A stretch of 64,000 bases of DNA from Tubiluchus corallicola (Eukaryota; Animalia; Priapulida), in assembly GCA_030141605.1 (NCBI GenBank), contig JAQGDQ010000143.1, positions 186,001-250,000 of the forward strand, in the 5' to 3' direction. Of the stretch, positions 60,102 to 64,000 are shown piece by piece. Numbering within the stretch: the stretch's first letter is position 1; every line of letters starts with the position of its first letter. The notes under the pieces are model-generated. The model had not been told where the DNA came from. It did no database searches and saw nothing but the letters and a program-made list of their open reading frames with translations. The translations under genes and the position numbers were made by a program.

Positions 60102-62863
60102 ATAGTTATAGGTATCCTTAGACGCCATAGGTTTATCCGGTATGTGCGTTGGCGGTGGGGTTTTCGACGCCATTCCCGTGGTTGGTGCATCCCGTTAGTG
60201 GGATGTTAGTGGCGCTAATTAGTGTATAAGTTTTTTTAATTTCCGGGCCTCAGCTTGTCTGGCTTGTATGGCACGAACCGGCATCAGGTGTTTTCTTACC
60301 ACAACACACTATCGTTGTTATTGTTTTGCACTAGGTGTTTTTAACGATCTAGTAGAGATATGATGGTGGTTTTGACGTATGATTCCTTTGTGACAATAAA
60401 TGGTTAAACATCTAAAAGAGAATTTTAAAATATTTACCTAAGAACTTTCCGAACGAAGTAATATTATTAGGTATTGCGCTTACTTGTTTGAGAGATTTAA
60501 GCAACAGGAAAAGAAATTCTTAATAATTTAAAATATTCTTGCCATCTGGTAAAACATCACTGTATCGCTGTCCTCCTGTGCACAATTTATTCACCAAAAA
60601 TACATTAATGATTTTGTTGGCAATAAAAAAGTAATTTAAACTTTTGCTTAGTTGAAGAAGGGTGTGCTACGAATGATTTGTTTATTTTTTCCAACTTTTC
60701 GCAATGCCATTTAAACTTGTTACAAACGATTTAAAGGTAAAATGGCGGCTCCTAACGGTAATCACGGGAGTTGAAATTACAGCATTACTGTCAACGCAAG
60801 CCCTGTACGCAAAACAGCATGTAAGTGATATTTCAAGTCGAATTTTTTAGTCTTCATTTATTAAGACTGTTTTCTTGAGATTTAGTGATCTGTTGCGTTG
60901 TTTAAAGATTATGTCACGTCAATGCTGTTGCCGAAAAGACCCGAAAACTTGCATTTAACTTCTCAGGATTCCTCATCAAGTTTTCTCGAAATCACAGGGA
61001 TTTTATTAAAACAATATGTTGAAGTTTTTTATAAGCCCCTTGGCAAAGGAAACGCAAAATTGAGACCCGAGTGTATAATGTAAAAGTTTGAGATTGTCAA
61101 AGTTCTTGTGCAGATTATAACAGATACTCTAGAGTGTTCAGTGGCTTTTAAGCTTTCTTCCTCTGTCCGCCCGCCCAGACCTTATCTGTCAACGGATTAA
61201 GCACTTTGCTAAACGGTTTCTTAAATTCTAAGTAGCATGCAAAAATAGTAGTAACTCGATAATTAACCTTTATAGCCATTATATGACATAACCTCAATAA
61301 TGGTTTCAACTTGTATAAAATTGTTATAGAAAAGAATGTTACTGTAGAAGATATATTTAGATATTTTCATGTATTACCTCGTAAAACTGTAAAAAGATGC
61401 GAGTTAAGTTCCAGTCAGCTAACGACAAAAAACTTAGCAAAAGATTGCATAAATAGTATTGAAAATAGGAAGTTTAATTTTTTATCAAAGTATCAATTGA
61501 GAGAGTTTGTTTTTTGTTGTTGTTGTTGTTGTTGTCAGTGCTTAATATTTATTTTTACTTTTACTACTAGTCTACTAACTTCTTTTAATTGAACCACTTA
61601 TGTAACTTAACTGCACATGTGTGTTCAAAAATAAATGATGTTAATAATATCCAAACTGTTGAATTTTACTGTGTTGCAAGTTCTCAATAGTTTACTCTGT
61701 TATTTTTAGGCATTCGAATGACTAGAACAAACTTTTTATGATCAGTTGTTAGAACGATACAACGTGTTTTTCTGGATCGCCCGGTCTGCGTTCCTGGTAC
61801 TACCACACTGGTTCTGTTGTGTAAAAGGTGTCCTTATTCATGAGCACAATTTTGTCTGTCTGACTGAGCATCTGTCTGTCGGCTTGCTTGTCTGCTAACC
61901 TAATTGTTAAACAGCCTCAGCAGGATACATCCTGCATTATTTGCACTCTTAATTACGACTCAATGTTCTTCCGGCACTTTATAGCAGACATACACATGTC
62001 ATTCTCTTTCTCGTGAAGCCTTTGGATGCACTAAGAACGAGTTAGCATCCTTATCGCACGCTTAACATTCACGAAATCGTTAGCAGAAAGTAGGTCTACA
62101 GAACTGGCAAGCATTTGTCTTGATCTTGGCTAAGTACATATGCATGTAGACAAGATTTAAAGCTTATTAGACCGCCACGTCAATGTATTATATAGCTGTT
62201 GTAGGTTGCTGCTTGGATGCATATATCGCAGTAAGGGCGCAGAATAGAATTCTTCCTTTCTTTCTGCTGATGACAGAGAGCTCCTAGCTGCTTCTGACAG
62301 AAAGAACAGTCTGAAGCGATTTAACCCTGTGATTTTATTGAGAGCAGAACAGCAACGACTGTGAAGAAATATTTCCTAGCGTGCAATGCTACAGTCCATG
62401 CTAAGGTTGAAAAGCGAATAAGTCAATGTTCAAGCCTTCTGTTAATGCCGTTACCATAATTGCCGGTACACTATTGGATAATAGGCAATTATAGAGACAC
62501 GAGCATTAGATTTCCAAACTTATTAATACTGTAGCTATACAGTTGCTGGTCAATTGTGGATGTTCAATATTTGTTGCTCGGCTAATGGCACGTACATGTC
62601 TGATACCAATGTTGCACAATGAATTTAATGTATTAAACTAATATTAGTCACTGAAGAAGATAGTCAGTCCTTGGCCTGTACGTTGTTCTGATAGTTGGTT
62701 AGCTAGATAATTAATAGGTAGGTCGCTTGGGTGAAAGATCGATAAATGGTTTGTTAATGGTGAGCAAGCTAGTAAGCAAAAGTGAGTATTTGCCGCATTA
62801 ATATTTGGTAATAATCGCAATGTTTCAGTACATTCCTTCTGCTTTAATTAATTACCCTTTAAG

Positions 62864-63471
62864 TTAAAGCAAAACCGGACCCAATCTCAAATTGCAAGTC
62901 AAAATAATCTACTCTTTAAAATATTAAAAGAAGATACCATTTTTCCAGAATGCTTTACCTGAAAGAATTATTACCGCACAAACGTAATTTCGCGCTCGCG
63001 CCACTAGCTTTTCGCTGTTACATACATTTCGTCATTCGTTAGTTATACGGGCACTAGCGCCTGCATTTCGAAAACGCATTTCACAAAAAACAGGTGCTGT
63101 ACTTCTTAGTTCAGATGTGTTCGTTTCTGACGTACTGCACACATTCGACAGCTCATGCGTGAGCACTGCGCTAAATTTGAAATTTGAATTTTTATCTTGC
63201 AACTTGCCGAGTTTTATTACAACACACTGAATCTCTTACAGTAGCGCTGTACTTAAATTTTTTCGTCCCAAATACGTGTAACACGCTCGCAGAATATTTT
63301 TGCTGTTGACAATTATGTTCGTTTGTGATGCCATCAATAGTTGGACTCGCCCGCCGTTAATTAAGATTTTAATCAGAAACGCTTTTCCAGTATTACTGGT
63401 GTTAAAATGTATACTTTTTACCGTAGTTGAAAATTGGATAGCATATGAAAAATCACACTGCCTTCCTTTAA
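62864..63471. mobile_element. Interspersed repeat copy 3 (Kolobok-like)
   Basis: TTAA at both ends; same core as copies 1 and 2. Confidence 0.75.
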
Positions 63472-64000
63472 GTGTGTTAATTGTCCCTCTTAATGTACGT
63501 TTTGAATACCCACAGAACTCCCAGGGTTGAGTGTATTTAAAATAGAACGATGTGTCACTAGTATCTTATGGGTGTCTCTAATTGACTGTTTACTACCTGG
63601 ACGAGATCTTAGACTTATACTGTTTTATTGGGGCGATAATTTAGATGGTACGGCGTGTAACCGCAAGTGTTAGAAATGCATTTAATTAGCTGTTAGGTTT
63701 AGCTTGTGTTTCTCGAAATGTGTGTTTTGTGTGAGTGTGCATGCGTGAATTTGAGTGAAAGAGTGTGTGAGTGAATGTATGTGTGAGTAAACGAGCGAAT
63801 TGAGTGGAGTTGGGGTGAGAGACTGACTGAGATTATTAAATTTCATAAACTGAAAGAGGGCGAATAATAGCCTATGCAATGAAGATCTTTTTTCATCATT
63901 TGAAGTAATAATTTGTATGTAAGTGAGTTCATATTAAATTTATTTGTAATAAAAACTGAGTTACAACCATAGATAATATCTGTTATCTATGAGATAATAC

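Noticed and set aside
61900-62560. Coding-like, GC-richer stretch (possible transposon remnant)
   Set aside because: The frames I translated contain stops and no recognisable motif.

Overview
AT-rich, intron- and microsatellite-rich animal (probably invertebrate) genomic DNA; species not identifiable from sequence alone. The window is dominated by two tandem, intact, multi-exon transglutaminase (TGase; TG2/FXIIIa-type) genes on the minus strand, assembled by hand from splice sites. TGase-A (28132->2605, 16 exons, about 781 aa) has a canonical active site (GKW, YGQCWVF, SAHD, WNYHCW, DSTPQE). TGase-B (53464->30615, 17-18 exons, about 783-821 aa) has an open frame and the same intron positions. 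However, it has lost the catalytic His (His->Arg, CGT), the oxyanion-stabilising Trp and the SAHD His-Asp, so it looks like a maintained pseudo-enzyme. Intron 11 of TGase-A holds an inverted ~500-bp copy of its own intron-8/exon-9 junction, which could base-pair over the catalytic His codon in the pre-mRNA. A-to-I editing there would give the same His->Arg change that is hard-coded in TGase-B (hypothesis only). Also present: a young 5'-truncated LINE inside a (CT)n tract, decayed LINEs, several MITE families, tRNA-derived SINE fragments, minisatellites, and a possible first exon of a divergently transcribed membrane-protein gene. Most ORFs in the supplied track are microsatellite or intron read-through artefacts. 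No database searches were run; family names come from motif recognition.
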